DNA from: Vicinamibacterales bacterium
Lineage (GTDB): Bacteria; Acidobacteriota; Vicinamibacteria; Vicinamibacterales; CAVVIG01
Direction of reading: 5' to 3'
DNA: 64,000 bases
Assembly (NCBI GenBank): GCA_035534615.1
Contig: DATLRO010000082.1
Span: 65,458 to 129,457, forward strand
The translations under genes and the position numbers were made by a program. Positions 20,087-29,399 of the stretch are shown piece after piece (within the stretch, counting starts at the first letter, position 1; each line of letters starts with the position of its first letter). Under the pieces are notes generated by a model that saw nothing but the letters and a program-made list of their open reading frames with translations, did no database searches and was not told where the DNA came from.

Positions 20087-21793
20087 TCAGAAGAGGAAGT
20101 AGCGCTGCGCCAGCGGCAGCACCTCGGCCGGCTCGCACGTCAACCGCTCCCCGTCCGCCCGCACTTCATAGGTCTCGGGGTCGACGTGCATGATCGGCAG
20201 CGCGTCGTTCAGCTTCATGTCGGTCTTCCGCAGGGTGCGGCAGCCGCGGACGGCCACCGCCGGCCGGTCGAGTCCGCGGAGCGCGCCGCCCGCGAGGCCG
20301 GCCTGCGACACGAAGTGCACGGCGATCCGGTTCAGGGCCCGCCCGGAGGCGCCGAACATCAGGCGGCCGAGCACGGGCTGCGGCGTCGGGATCGAGGCGT
20401 TGCCGTCGCCCATCGCGGCGCCGGCGATGAACCCGCCCTTGATCACCACCTCCGGCTTCACGCCGAAGAAGGCCGGTTTCCAGAGCACGAGGTCGGCCAT
20501 CTTGCCGACCTCCACCGAGCCGACGACGGCGCCGATGCCGTGCGCGATGGCGGGGTTGATCGTGTACTTCGCGATGTACCGGCGGACGCGCAGGTTATCG
20601 TGCCGCGCGGAGTCTCCGGCGAGCGGGCCCCGCTGTTTCTTCATCGCGTCCGCGGTCTGCCAGGTCCGGCAGATCACTTCGCCGATCCGTCCCATCGCCT
20701 GCGAGTCGGACGACATGATGCTGATCGCGCCCAGGTCGTGCAGGACGTCCTCCGCGGCAATCGTCTCGGCGCGGATCCGTGAATCCGCGAACGCGACGTC
20801 CTCGGGAATCGACGGCGACAGATGGTGACAGACCATCAGCATGTCGAGATGCTCGTCCATCGTGTTCCGCGTGAACGGCATCGTCGGATTCGTGGAGGAC
20901 GGGAGGACGTTCGGCTCGCCGCAGAGCCGGATGATGTCCGGCGCGTGGCCGCCGCCGGCCCCTTCCGTGTGGTACGTGTGGATCGTCCGGCCGGCAATCG
21001 CCGCGATGGTGTCCTCGACGAAGCCGCTTTCGTTGAGCGTGTCGGTGTGAATCGCCACCTGCACGTCGTACTCGTCCGCCACCCGCAGGCACTGGTCGAT
21101 GGCGGCCGGCGTCGTCCCCCAGTCCTCGTGCAGCTTCAGACCGAGCGCGCCCGCTTCGATCTGCTCCACCAGCGCGGCCGGCAGCGAGCTGTTGCCCTTC
21201 CCGAGGAATCCGAAGTTCAGCGGAAAGCCTTCGGCCGCCTCGTACATCCGCCGGATGTTCCATGGTCCCGGCGTGCAGGTCGTCGCCTTCGTGCCGGTCG
21301 CCGGCCCGGTGCCGCCGCCGATGAGCGTGGTCATGCCGGCGTGGAACGCCTCGGGAATCTGGTTCGGCGAGATGAAATGCACGTGCGCGTCGATGCCGCC
21401 GGCCGTCAGGATGTGCCCTTCCCCGGCCAGCACCTCGGTCGACGCCCCGATCTCCATGCCGGGCGTCACGTCGTCCATGATCCAGGGGTTGCCGGCCTTG
21501 CCGATGCCGGCGATGAGGCCGTCGCGGACGGCGACGTCCGCCTTGTAGATCCCCGTGTAATCGATGATGAGCGCGCTGGTGATCACCAGATCGGGCGATC
21601 CGGTCGCACGCGCGGCGCCCGGCATCTGACCCATCCCGTCGCGAATCACCTTGCCGCCGCCGAACTTCGCTTCATCGCCGTACGACGCGCAGTCCCGCTC
21701 GACCTCGACGATGAGATCGGTGTCGGCCAGGCGCACCCGGTCGCCCGTCGTGGGCCCGTAGTGGTCGGCGTAGGTGCGGCGATCAATCTTCAT
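20087..21793 (-). CDS. ureC: Urease alpha subunit
   Basis: 568 aa with canonical urease alpha motifs ([29 protein letters not shown]). Confidence 0.97.
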   Translation of the reverse strand: MKIDRRTYADHYGPTTGDRVRLADTDLIVEVERDCASYGDEAKFGGGKVIRDGMGQMPGAARATGSPDLVITSALIIDYTGIYKADVAVRDGLIAGIGKAGNPWIMDDVTPGMEIGASTEVLAGEGHILTAGGIDAHVHFISPNQIPEAFHAGMTTLIGGGTGPATGTKATTCTPGPWNIRRMYEAAEGFPLNFGFLGKGNSSLPAALVEQIEAGALGLKLHEDWGTTPAAIDQCLRVADEYDVQVAIHTDTLNESGFVEDTIAAIAGRTIHTYHTEGAGGGHAPDIIRLCGEPNVLPSSTNPTMPFTRNTMDEHLDMLMVCHHLSPSIPEDVAFADSRIRAETIAAEDVLHDLGAISIMSSDSQAMGRIGEVICRTWQTADAMKKQRGPLAGDSARHDNLRVRRYIAKYTINPAIAHGIGAVVGSVEVGKMADLVLWKPAFFGVKPEVVIKGGFIAGAAMGDGNASIPTPQPVLGRLMFGASGRALNRIAVHFVSQAGLAGGALRGLDRPAVAVRGCRTLRKTDMKLNDALPIMHVDPETYEVRADGERLTCEPAEVLPLAQRYFLF

Positions 21794-22157
21794 GCGGCGT
21801 GTCCGCCCACGCGGCGACCGCGGCCACCGCCCGGCGGCGGGTGGCCTCGTCGTCCAGCGGGCCGTTGACGAACCCGTTCATCCCGTGGACCCGGCGCGCG
21901 CCGCCCAGCGCCACGAGCGAGACCTCGCGCGTGTCGCCCGGCTCGAAGCGGACCGCCGTTCCGGCCGGAATGTCCAGCCGCATGCCGTACGCCGCCGCGC
22001 GATCGAACGCGAGGCGGCGGTTGACCTCGAAGAAGTGCGCGTGCGATCCGACCTGGACCGGCCGGTCGCCCTGATTCGCGACGCGCAGCGTGACCGTCGC
22101 CCGGCCGACGCCCGCCTCGACCGGCTGCGGCGCGAGCAGATATTCACCAGGAATCAT
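21783..22157 (-). CDS. ureB: Urease beta subunit
   Basis: 124 aa: MIPGEY...[21 protein letters not shown]; overlaps the ureC start by 11 nt. Confidence 0.95.
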   Translation of the reverse strand: MIPGEYLLAPQPVEAGVGRATVTLRVANQGDRPVQVGSHAHFFEVNRRLAFDRAAAYGMRLDIPAGTAVRFEPGDTREVSLVALGGARRVHGMNGFVNGPLDDEATRRRAVAAVAAWADTPHED

Positions 22158-22196
22158 ATCGGGACCGGGACGCGGCGCCGCGCGGCGGCCACGGGT

Positions 22197-22499
22197 TCAC
22201 ACAATGGGATGATGGACGGTCACGAGCTTGGTGCCGTCGGGGAACGTGCCTTCGACCTGGATCTCCGGAATCATTCCGGCCACACCGTCCATGACGGCGT
22301 CGGCCGGCAGGATCCGGCGCCCGAGACTCACCACTTCCGCGACCGTCCGGCCGTCGCGGATGTGTTCGAGCAGTTCCGCCGTGATGAGCGCAACCGCTTC
22401 CGGGTAGTTCAGCTTCAGTCCACGGGCCCGCCGCCGGCGGGCGACGTCGGCCGCCACCACGACCATCAGCTTTTCCTGCTCGCGCGGCGTCAGGTGCAT
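22197..22499 (-). CDS. ureA: Urease gamma subunit
   Basis: 100 aa: [39 protein letters not shown]... Confidence 0.95.
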   Translation of the reverse strand: MHLTPREQEKLMVVVAADVARRRRARGLKLNYPEAVALITAELLEHIRDGRTVAEVVSLGRRILPADAVMDGVAGMIPEIQVEGTFPDGTKLVTVHHPIV

Positions 22500-22520
22500 G
22501 AGGGGTCCTGCTCCGAACGC

Positions 22521-22556
22521 CGGCGGTCTCCCGGCCGACCGGCCGGGAGACCGCCG
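22521..22556 (-). terminator. Perfect 16-bp GC-rich stem-loop between the TonB-dependent receptor and ureA (terminator/attenuator or processing hairpin, no U tract)
   Basis: CGGCGGTCTCCCGGCC / GGCCGGGAGACCGCCG with a 4-nt loop (GACC). Coordinates were verified on the frame of track ORF 22498..22788. Confidence 0.45.
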
Positions 22557-22577
22557 CCTGCCTCTCTCCGTCGACGA

Positions 22578-25436
22578 TCAGAAATCGAACCGGACGCTGA
22601 TCTCCGCCGTGCGGGGATTGAGCGCGCCGTTGATCTCGTTGAACAGCGAGCCGTTGCCCAGGTTGAAGTTCGTCACGGCGCTCGAGTTGAACAGGTTGAA
22701 CACGTCGAACATCGCGGTGAACTTGCCGAACGGCAGCCGCACCGCCTTGTCCACCCGCAGCCCCATCAGCGCGACCGTGTCCGAATAGTTGCTGTTCAGG
22801 TTGGCCATGAAGAAGCGCTGGATCCCCGAGTTGGGCAGCCGCACCGTGATGATCCGCGCCCACGGCCAGCCGCTCTGCACCTGCAGGTTGACGCCCAGCC
22901 CGATCTGGTACGGGAACTCGTAGCGGCCCGACAGGTGCGCCTGCCAGCTCGTCGTCTTCTGCCGGACCGGGACGGTCGGGTACACGTTCTGGAAATAGCC
23001 GACCGTGATCGGATCGACCGCCTGCGGATTGTTGTTCGACGACGCCGCCCTCAGCTCGTTCCGCCACTCGTAGTCGAAGTCGGAGTCGACGAACAGGTTC
23101 TTCTTGAACCGCTTGTTGAAGGCGAACTCGATCGTGTCGTAGTTCTCGGCGCCGTAGTCGACGCTCGCCGGCATCGTGGCAATCACGTTGTTGACCACCC
23201 CGCTCAGCGTGCTCGGGATGTCGTACACCGTGAACGTCTGCGTCCCCGAGACGCCGGTCCCGTAGTTCTGGATCGGGATCGTGACGGTGACCGGGACGGT
23301 GAACTGCCCCTCCCGCGAGATGTTGTACGTCGCGAACTGATCGCGCACCATCTTCCGGACGTAGGCCACGCGGAACGACGACTCGCCCCAGAACTGCCGT
23401 TCGTACGAGAGATCGACCTCGTCCGTGTACGGCGTCTTGATGTTCGGATCGATCGTCGTGCTCACGCCGCCGCTCGACGCCAGCAGCGTCCCGAGATCCT
23501 GCGGGCCGTGATAGAGGCCGTCGCCGGCCGTGTTCAGGAACACGTAGTCGCGCGTCTGCGTGCCGCCCGGGTCGACGCCGGTGAACGCGTCGGCGAAGTT
23601 GAAGTAGAAGCGGCCGTAGAACGCCTTGATGACCTGCCGGCCGTTCCCGCCCGGATCCCACGCGAGCCCGAGCCGCGGCATCACGTCGTTCCGCACGAGC
23701 AGCGTCTGGCCGGGCACCGTCCGGGCGGCGAAGATGTCGCTCAGCACCGGATTGGTCTTGGCCGCGTCGTAGTACGGCCGCTGCCGGTCGTAGCGGACGC
23801 CGAGCGTCGCCGTCACCTTGCTGGACGGCGTCCAGCGATCCTGCAGATACAGCGAGTACCGCCGGTCATGGTCGTTCGGGCCGGTCCAGGTGCTGCCGAA
23901 CTGCGACGGGGTCCCGACGTCCGTCAGCCGGATCTCGCTCGGCTGTCCGTTGGCGTCCAGGTACAGAATCGGTCCCGACGTCCCGGTCCGATCGAAGGTC
24001 GTGCCGAAGTCCTGCCATTCGAACCCGGCCTTGAGATCGTGGCTGCCGATCCTGCTCGGCAGGAAGTAGGTCGCCCGCGCGTAGAACTGCGGCTTCCGGA
24101 TGCCGGTGTCGAACGGCCCTCCGCCGGTGCCCCAGCCCGCCCCGCTGTTCAACCCGGTCACCAGATCCTGGCGCGGCGGATTGGTCAGATAGTTCACGTT
24201 CGGCTGCTCCGGGAAGTCGAACGCCGACAAGGCATAGCTGATCTCGGAGAACAGCCGGTTGTTCCAGACGCGCTGGTAGCGGCCGCTGTAGTTCCAGCTC
24301 GGGCTGAACTCCGCCAGCGCCGATTCCTTCGGCACCGTCGCCGACAGCCCGCGCAGCGGCTCCCCCTTCCAGTTCCACTCGTAGAACCCGATGAGCGTGT
24401 CCTTCTCGGTCGGCTTGTAGGTTTCCTTGTTCGTGAACGCCTTCATGATCGTCAGGTTCGTCGCGATGTTCTGCGGCACGCCCGATTCGGCCACGTTGAT
24501 CCGGAACTGGTTGTACGCCGTGTAGAACCACAGCTTGTTCTTCTTCAGGTACCCGCCGAGATCCACGTGCCCCTCCCAGTACTCGAGGTTGGGCTGCCCG
24601 GTGAATCCGCGGGCCTGGCCTGCCGCGGTGACGTTGTTGCCGACGAAGCTGCCCGGTTCGTACGTGAAGTTCTCGAGCCCGTGGAACGAGTTGCCCCCGC
24701 TCTTCACCGTCGAGATGATCGCCGCCCCCGGCGTGTCGATCGTCACGTCCCCGCCCGCCGCCGTCACCGACAGCTGATCCTGGGCGTAGTAGTCCATGTA
24801 GTTCATGTCGCCGCTGGCGCCGGACGTGGTGTCGATCCCGTCCATGTACTCCTGCGCCTGCCCGCGGATGCCGAACGCCTCGTAGCCGGTCTGCTGCATC
24901 TTGTGGCTGCCGCCGACGTCATAGCCCTGCATCCGGATGCCGGGCGTCTGGGCCAGCGCGCCCCACAGGTCGGTCGACGTCGGCACGCTGATCAGCTTGG
25001 CCGTGTTCAGCACGTTGCCCACCTGCGTCGACTGGACGTCGACGATCGGCGACTCCGCCGTCACGGTGACGTTCTCCTTCACCGAGGCGAGCGGCATCGC
25101 CATGTCGATCGTCAGCGTCTGATCCACCGCCAGCACGATGCCCGTGCGCGCCGTTGTCCGGAAGCCCGAGAGAACGAACGTCAACGTGTACGTCCCGGCC
25201 GGCAACGCCGGGAACCGGTACGCGCCGTTCGCCTCGCTCACCGAGATCTGCGTGCCAATCAACGACGGTGACGTCGCCGTCACCGTGACGCCAGGCAGCA
25301 CCGCGCCTTGCGCGTCCTTCACCGTGCCGGTCAACACACCGGCGCCCGTGATCTGGGCGCCGGCCGGCGCGGCCAGCAGCCACACGGCTGCCAGCACGAG
25401 CCCGCTCCACCCCACCCGTCGTTTCGTCGATCCCAT
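22578..25436 (-). CDS. TonB-dependent receptor-like outer membrane protein with N-terminal carboxypeptidase-regulatory-like domain
   Basis: 952 aa with a signal peptide (LVLAAVWLLAAPAGAQ), a CarboxypepD_reg-like start (GTVKDAQGAVLPGVTVTATS...ANGAYRFPALPAGTYTLTF), a long beta-rich body and a terminal aromatic residue (...ISVRFDF). GAGGAGGA RBS. Confidence 0.85.
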   Translation of the reverse strand: MGSTKRRVGWSGLVLAAVWLLAAPAGAQITGAGVLTGTVKDAQGAVLPGVTVTATSPSLIGTQISVSEANGAYRFPALPAGTYTLTFVLSGFRTTARTGIVLAVDQTLTIDMAMPLASVKENVTVTAESPIVDVQSTQVGNVLNTAKLISVPTSTDLWGALAQTPGIRMQGYDVGGSHKMQQTGYEAFGIRGQAQEYMDGIDTTSGASGDMNYMDYYAQDQLSVTAAGGDVTIDTPGAAIISTVKSGGNSFHGLENFTYEPGSFVGNNVTAAGQARGFTGQPNLEYWEGHVDLGGYLKKNKLWFYTAYNQFRINVAESGVPQNIATNLTIMKAFTNKETYKPTEKDTLIGFYEWNWKGEPLRGLSATVPKESALAEFSPSWNYSGRYQRVWNNRLFSEISYALSAFDFPEQPNVNYLTNPPRQDLVTGLNSGAGWGTGGGPFDTGIRKPQFYARATYFLPSRIGSHDLKAGFEWQDFGTTFDRTGTSGPILYLDANGQPSEIRLTDVGTPSQFGSTWTGPNDHDRRYSLYLQDRWTPSSKVTATLGVRYDRQRPYYDAAKTNPVLSDIFAARTVPGQTLLVRNDVMPRLGLAWDPGGNGRQVIKAFYGRFYFNFADAFTGVDPGGTQTRDYVFLNTAGDGLYHGPQDLGTLLASSGGVSTTIDPNIKTPYTDEVDLSYERQFWGESSFRVAYVRKMVRDQFATYNISREGQFTVPVTVTIPIQNYGTGVSGTQTFTVYDIPSTLSGVVNNVIATMPASVDYGAENYDTIEFAFNKRFKKNLFVDSDFDYEWRNELRAASSNNNPQAVDPITVGYFQNVYPTVPVRQKTTSWQAHLSGRYEFPYQIGLGVNLQVQSGWPWARIITVRLPNSGIQRFFMANLNSNYSDTVALMGLRVDKAVRLPFGKFTAMFDVFNLFNSSAVTNFNLGNGSLFNEINGALNPRTAEISVRFDF

Positions 25437-25680
25437 CCTGCGTCCTCCTCTGGACTCTCCCGTGTGCCGATCGATTCGGCCCGATTACCTCACCACAACA
25501 TGAACAACCACCCGATCGCCGACCGGGCGGAAACGACGACAGGCAGGAAAGGGGTCGCCGCGCACCCCCGTCGTCGCAGCAAGCCACATACCAGCCGCCC
25601 CCCTTGGCCAGGGGGAGAGTCATCTTACGCATGCCCAATGCGTTACGCAACACTCCAGAGCGTCCCTCGGAACGACGGTC

Positions 25681-25867
25681 TTGTCGTGACCGGTGCCACG
25701 AGCCATCAAAAATGTCGCTCGACGACCGCCGCACCTTCTGTCCGCTCGCTCCGCCGCCTCGCTCCACCTGGCCCCCGGCCTTTGAAGCGAGCACGCCGGA
25801 CAGGATTGTCGAGCATCGGCAGCCAGACGACAGGATTGTCGATTCCTGGTCCCGGATCTTCGAGAAA
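25681..25867 (+). promoter_or_regulatory. Intergenic element, copy B: promoter-like block plus a helix-closed pair of GGA-loop hairpins; strand assignment tentative
   Basis: TTGTCG-N17-CATCAA (25681-25709) with CCGGTGCCA in the spacer; GAAGCGA 25784-25790; two hairpins at 25798-25812 and 25828-25842. A possible closing helix pairs UUUGAAG (25781-25787) with CUUC-gag-AAA (25858-25867). Coordinates were anchored on the frame of track ORF 25604..25969. Confidence 0.35.
25799..25842 (+). repeat. Direct repeat of the 14-mer GACAGGATTGTCGA, two copies with a 30-nt period
   Basis: Exact copies at 25799-25812 and 25829-25842. Each contains the inverted repeat (C/G)GACA-GGAT-TGTCG. Confidence 0.9.
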
Positions 25868-26514
25868 GACCACCTGACGGGGCATCGGAAACCGCGCATC
25901 CCGGCACCGTCCCGGCGCTGGTCTCCATCGGCCGGCGCCAGTCCCCGATCGTCGTCCGCCGGAATCTGATCACGCACCTGCCGGGCGCCTGACTGATTCC
26001 GCTGGCGGACGATCGAGGTTCCTGGCGCTCGAAGCGGGCCGGGACTTCGCTGATCCGGACCTGGCCGTCCTGGATCACATCAAGACAGCGACCGGCACCG
26101 AGCACCGCGCGCTGGCGGCGGCCAGACGGCAGCTGGGCACCTGGCGGCGCGCCCCGTCCCTCCAGATTCAGCGGCGATCCATCCTGCTTGCCGAGCACGT
26201 CCCGCGGGACGTCCCGGGTCGACGGGTCGCACGACCGGCCTCCCGCCGCCGTAAGCCCTCCCGCGGACTACGTCGGACCGCCACCATCGCCGCGTCCTGC
26301 CCGTGTGTTCGGGGAACTATACGGCAAGAGGCCGGCTCAGGTTCTCGCAAATGCGTAATTTGTTGGTGACAATTGGCCCGCGAGGCGGGTCGCGTGAGCG
26401 ATGCAGACGCCGGCGGTCCACACGCCAGACCGTGGCATGCACAGTGCCTCCCCGTCATCGCGTGTCGGCCCGCGTCCCGCCGGCGTCGGGGACTTCGCGC
26501 CGTCCGTCAGTCCG

Positions 26515-26949
26515 TCAGGCCGTCAGGTCGGACGTGCAGTACGGGCATCGCACCGCCTTCAGCGGGATCTGACTCAGACAGTACCGGCAGGCCTGCGTCG
26601 TGGGCGTCGCGGGCGCCGACGCCCGGCGCAGGCGATTCATCTGACGCACCAGCAGGAACACCGCGAACGCGACGATGACGAACTCCAGGATCGCGTTGAT
26701 GAACAGCCCGTAGTTCAACGTCGCGGCCCCCGCGGCCTTCGCGGCGGCCAGCGACGCGTAGTGGCCGGTGCCGAGGGTGATGAACAGGTTGCTGAAGTCC
26801 ACCCGCCCGAGCACCAGGCCGAGCGGCGGCATCAGGATGTCGCTCACCAGCGACGAGACGATCTTGCCGAACGCGGCGCCGACGATGATGCCGACCGCCA
26901 TGTCCATCGCGTTGCCCTTCACGGCGAACTCGCGGAACTCGTCCCACAT
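26515..26949 (-). CDS. mscL: Large-conductance mechanosensitive channel MscL with a C-terminal CxxC...CxxC zinc-ribbon-like tail
   Basis: [44 protein letters not shown] is canonical MscL. The tail reads [32 protein letters not shown]. Confidence 0.9.
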   Translation of the reverse strand: MWDEFREFAVKGNAMDMAVGIIVGAAFGKIVSSLVSDILMPPLGLVLGRVDFSNLFITLGTGHYASLAAAKAAGAATLNYGLFINAILEFVIVAFAVFLLVRQMNRLRRASAPATPTTQACRYCLSQIPLKAVRCPYCTSDLTA

Positions 26950-26996
26950 GACGTCTCCTCCTGCAGCGGCCTGGCGGCGGCCGCCCCGGCGCCAGG

Positions 26997-27473
26997 TCAG
27001 GTTGCGGGCCCGATCTCGAGGTCGAGCCCGGTGCCGGACCGCTGCGAATGCTCCTTGTGACTGCGAATCCGATCGTACGGGACGGCCACCAGCACCGTCG
27101 CGTCATCATGCGGCACCGGGTGCAGCCGCACCTGGAGCAGGTCGGCGGCGCGGCCGAGCGCCGCGGCCGCGTCCGGCGTCACGAAGCCGAGCATCAGCGC
27201 CCGCCCGTCGGCCAGCTTGTGCACCTCGAACGCCTGGAAGATCGGCGTCGAGAACAGCGGGGCCGTCGCCAGCGCCGGCGCCGACGCCCAGCCGAACACG
27301 CCGGGCGCCTGGCGATCCAGGCCGAGGCCGTCGGCGGCGTCGCCGAGGAGCCGCACGCCGTGGGTGGCCCGGAGGCCCGCCCGCGCCGCGTCGCCCGCCG
27401 GCCCGCTCCCATCCGCCGGCGCGGCGGACACCGGCAGCCCTCCGCTCTGCGCAACAGATCGCACGCTCATCAC
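26997..27473 (-). CDS. Hypothetical protein (possibly co-transcribed with mscL)
   Basis: 158 aa with GTG/ATG tandem starts preceded by GGAGGA at 6-9 nt. The C-terminal half has natural composition ([35 protein letters not shown]...). The opposite-strand ORFs here are Arg/Pro-rich shadows. I recognise no family. Confidence 0.5.
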   Translation of the reverse strand: MMSVRSVAQSGGLPVSAAPADGSGPAGDAARAGLRATHGVRLLGDAADGLGLDRQAPGVFGWASAPALATAPLFSTPIFQAFEVHKLADGRALMLGFVTPDAAAALGRAADLLQVRLHPVPHDDATVLVAVPYDRIRSHKEHSQRSGTGLDLEIGPAT

Positions 27474-27701
27474 GCGTCATCCTCCACGACGGCGACGCGA
27501 AGCTCATCGCCTTGCTCGACGCTCCGGCAGTCGATTCCGGCGTCCCCGACACGGGCGACCGTGTCCGGGAACGCGCATCGACCCCGCATTATAGCCGCTC
27601 GGTTCGACCGCGGGGAGGACGCGCGCGGCGGCATTCGTGATACAAGGACGGGACGCACGCCGGCAGGCGGCGGCCGGACCATTACGAAGGAGGCTGGGGG
27701 C

Positions 27702-29393
27702 ATGCGCGACGAACAGCGGGGTCGGGGGATCGAACGGAGAGCGTTCCTGCGCTACGGCGCGCTGGGCGGGGCGGCAGTCGTCGCCGGGCCGCGGCTGGCC
27801 GGCCGCGAGGTCCTCGACGCCGCGGCGCGCGCGGCGGGCGGCGCCGCACGGACGCCTGAACCGGCGGCGCCGGCGTTCGACCTCGAGGAGGCGACGCTCG
27901 ACGAGCTGGCGCAGCGGCTGCGCGACGGCCGGGAGACGGCCCGCTCCCTGACCGAGAAATACCTCGCCCGCATCCACGCGATGGATCGGCGCGGCCCGCT
28001 GCCGCTGCTGAGCGTGATCGAACTGAATCCCGACGCGCTGGCCATCGCCGACCGGCTCGACGCCGAGCGGAAGGCGAAGGCGCCCCGGGGGCCGCTGCAC
28101 GGCATCCCGATCCTGATCAAGGACAACATTGCGACGGCCGACCGCATGCAGACGACCGCCGGATCGCTCGCGCTCGTCGGCTCGAAGCCGCCGAAGGATT
28201 CGTTCGTCGCGGCGCGCCTGCGCGCGGCCGGGGCGGTGCTGCTGGGCAAGACGAATCTCAGCGAATGGGCCAACTTCCGGTCGACGCATTCGTCGAGCGG
28301 CTGGACCGGCCGGGGCGGCCAGTGCCGCAACCCGTACGCGCTCGACCGCAGCCCGTCCGGGTCCAGTTCCGGGTCGGCCGCCGCCGCCGCCGCCAGCTTC
28401 TGCGCGATCGCGGTCGGCACGGAGACCGACGGCTCGATTACGTCGCCGTCCAACAACAACGGTCTCGTCGGCATCAAGCCGACGGTCGGCCTGTGGAGCC
28501 GCGCCGGCATCATCCCGATCTCGCGCACGCAGGACACCGCCGGGCCGATGGCCAGGACCGTGCGCGACGCCGCCATTCTGCTCGGCGCGGTGGTCGGCGT
28601 CGATCCGGACGATCCCTACACGAAGGACAGCGGCCGGCGGGGCCACCGCGACTACACGCCGTTCCTCGATCCGCACGGCCTCCGGGGAGCGCGCATCGGG
28701 GTGCCCCGCCGGACGCTGTTCGGCTTCAGCCCGGCCAGCGATCGGATCGCCGAGGCGGCCATCGCGGACATGAAGCGGCTGGGCGCCGTCATCGTCGATC
28801 CGGCCGACATCCCGACGATCGACGCCCTGGGCGACCACGAGAACACGGTCACGCAGTACGAGTTCAAGGCGGGTGTGAACGAGTACCTCGCCTGGCTGGG
28901 CTCCAGCACGTCGATGCACTCGCTGAAGGACCTCATCGCGTTCGACGACAGCCATCGCGCCGAGGAGATGCCGTACTTCGGCCAGGAGATCTTCCTCGCC
29001 TCCGAGCAGCGCGGCCCGCTCACCGATCCGCGCTACCGCACCGCGCTCGCCAGCGACTACCGGCTGACGCGGCAGCAGGGGATCGACGCGGTGATGGACC
29101 GGTACAGACTGGACGCGCTCGTCGCCCCGACCGGCGCGCCCGCCTGGCTGATCGACCTGGTGAACGGCGATTACGGCACCGGCGGGTGCACGACGTTCCC
29201 GGCGGTGGCCGGCTATCCGCACATCACGGTGCCGGCCGGGTTCGACTTCGGGCTGCCGGTCGGCATGTCGTTCTTCGGCCGGGCCTGGAGCGAGCCGGTC
29301 CTGCTGAAACTGGCCTACGCCTTCGAACAGGGGACGAAGCATCGCCGGCCGCCGCGGTTCCTGGCGACGGCCGACCTGTCGATCGCTCACTGA
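27702..29393 (+). CDS. Amidase signature (AS) family amidase with Tat-type signal
   Basis: Internal ATG (residue 219 of the track ORF) preceded by GAAGGAGG. It has a twin-arginine signal (GIERRAFLRYGALGGAAVVAG), GIPILIKDN with the catalytic Lys, and GGSSSGS-like PSGSSSGSAAA. Confidence 0.9.
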   Translation: MRDEQRGRGIERRAFLRYGALGGAAVVAGPRLAGREVLDAAARAAGGAARTPEPAAPAFDLEEATLDELAQRLRDGRETARSLTEKYLARIHAMDRRGPLPLLSVIELNPDALAIADRLDAERKAKAPRGPLHGIPILIKDNIATADRMQTTAGSLALVGSKPPKDSFVAARLRAAGAVLLGKTNLSEWANFRSTHSSSGWTGRGGQCRNPYALDRSPSGSSSGSAAAAAASFCAIAVGTETDGSITSPSNNNGLVGIKPTVGLWSRAGIIPISRTQDTAGPMARTVRDAAILLGAVVGVDPDDPYTKDSGRRGHRDYTPFLDPHGLRGARIGVPRRTLFGFSPASDRIAEAAIADMKRLGAVIVDPADIPTIDALGDHENTVTQYEFKAGVNEYLAWLGSSTSMHSLKDLIAFDDSHRAEEMPYFGQEIFLASEQRGPLTDPRYRTALASDYRLTRQQGIDAVMDRYRLDALVAPTGAPAWLIDLVNGDYGTGGCTTFPAVAGYPHITVPAGFDFGLPVGMSFFGRAWSEPVLLKLAYAFEQGTKHRRPPRFLATADLSIAH

Positions 29394-29399
29394 CGCAGG

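Noticed and set aside
25620-26198. 192-aa minus-strand ORF, and the overlapping plus-strand ORFs (25308..25877, 25604..25969) in the long gap.
   Set aside because: Their composition is dominated by Arg/Ser/Gly/Pro/Cys. They have no motifs and no RBS, and they are mutually overlapping frames, as expected for random high-GC sequence. I treat the region as non-coding or decayed.
26197-26212. Perfect 16-bp palindrome ACGTCCCGCGGGACGT, and a perfect 14-bp palindrome GCACACGCGTGTGC at 43935-43948 between the response regulator and the S8 protease.
   Set aside because: By a simple 4^-n estimate, about one 16-bp and several 14-bp perfect palindromes are expected by chance in 64 kb, and more in GC-biased DNA. 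There is no second copy or positional argument, so I do not call them operators.
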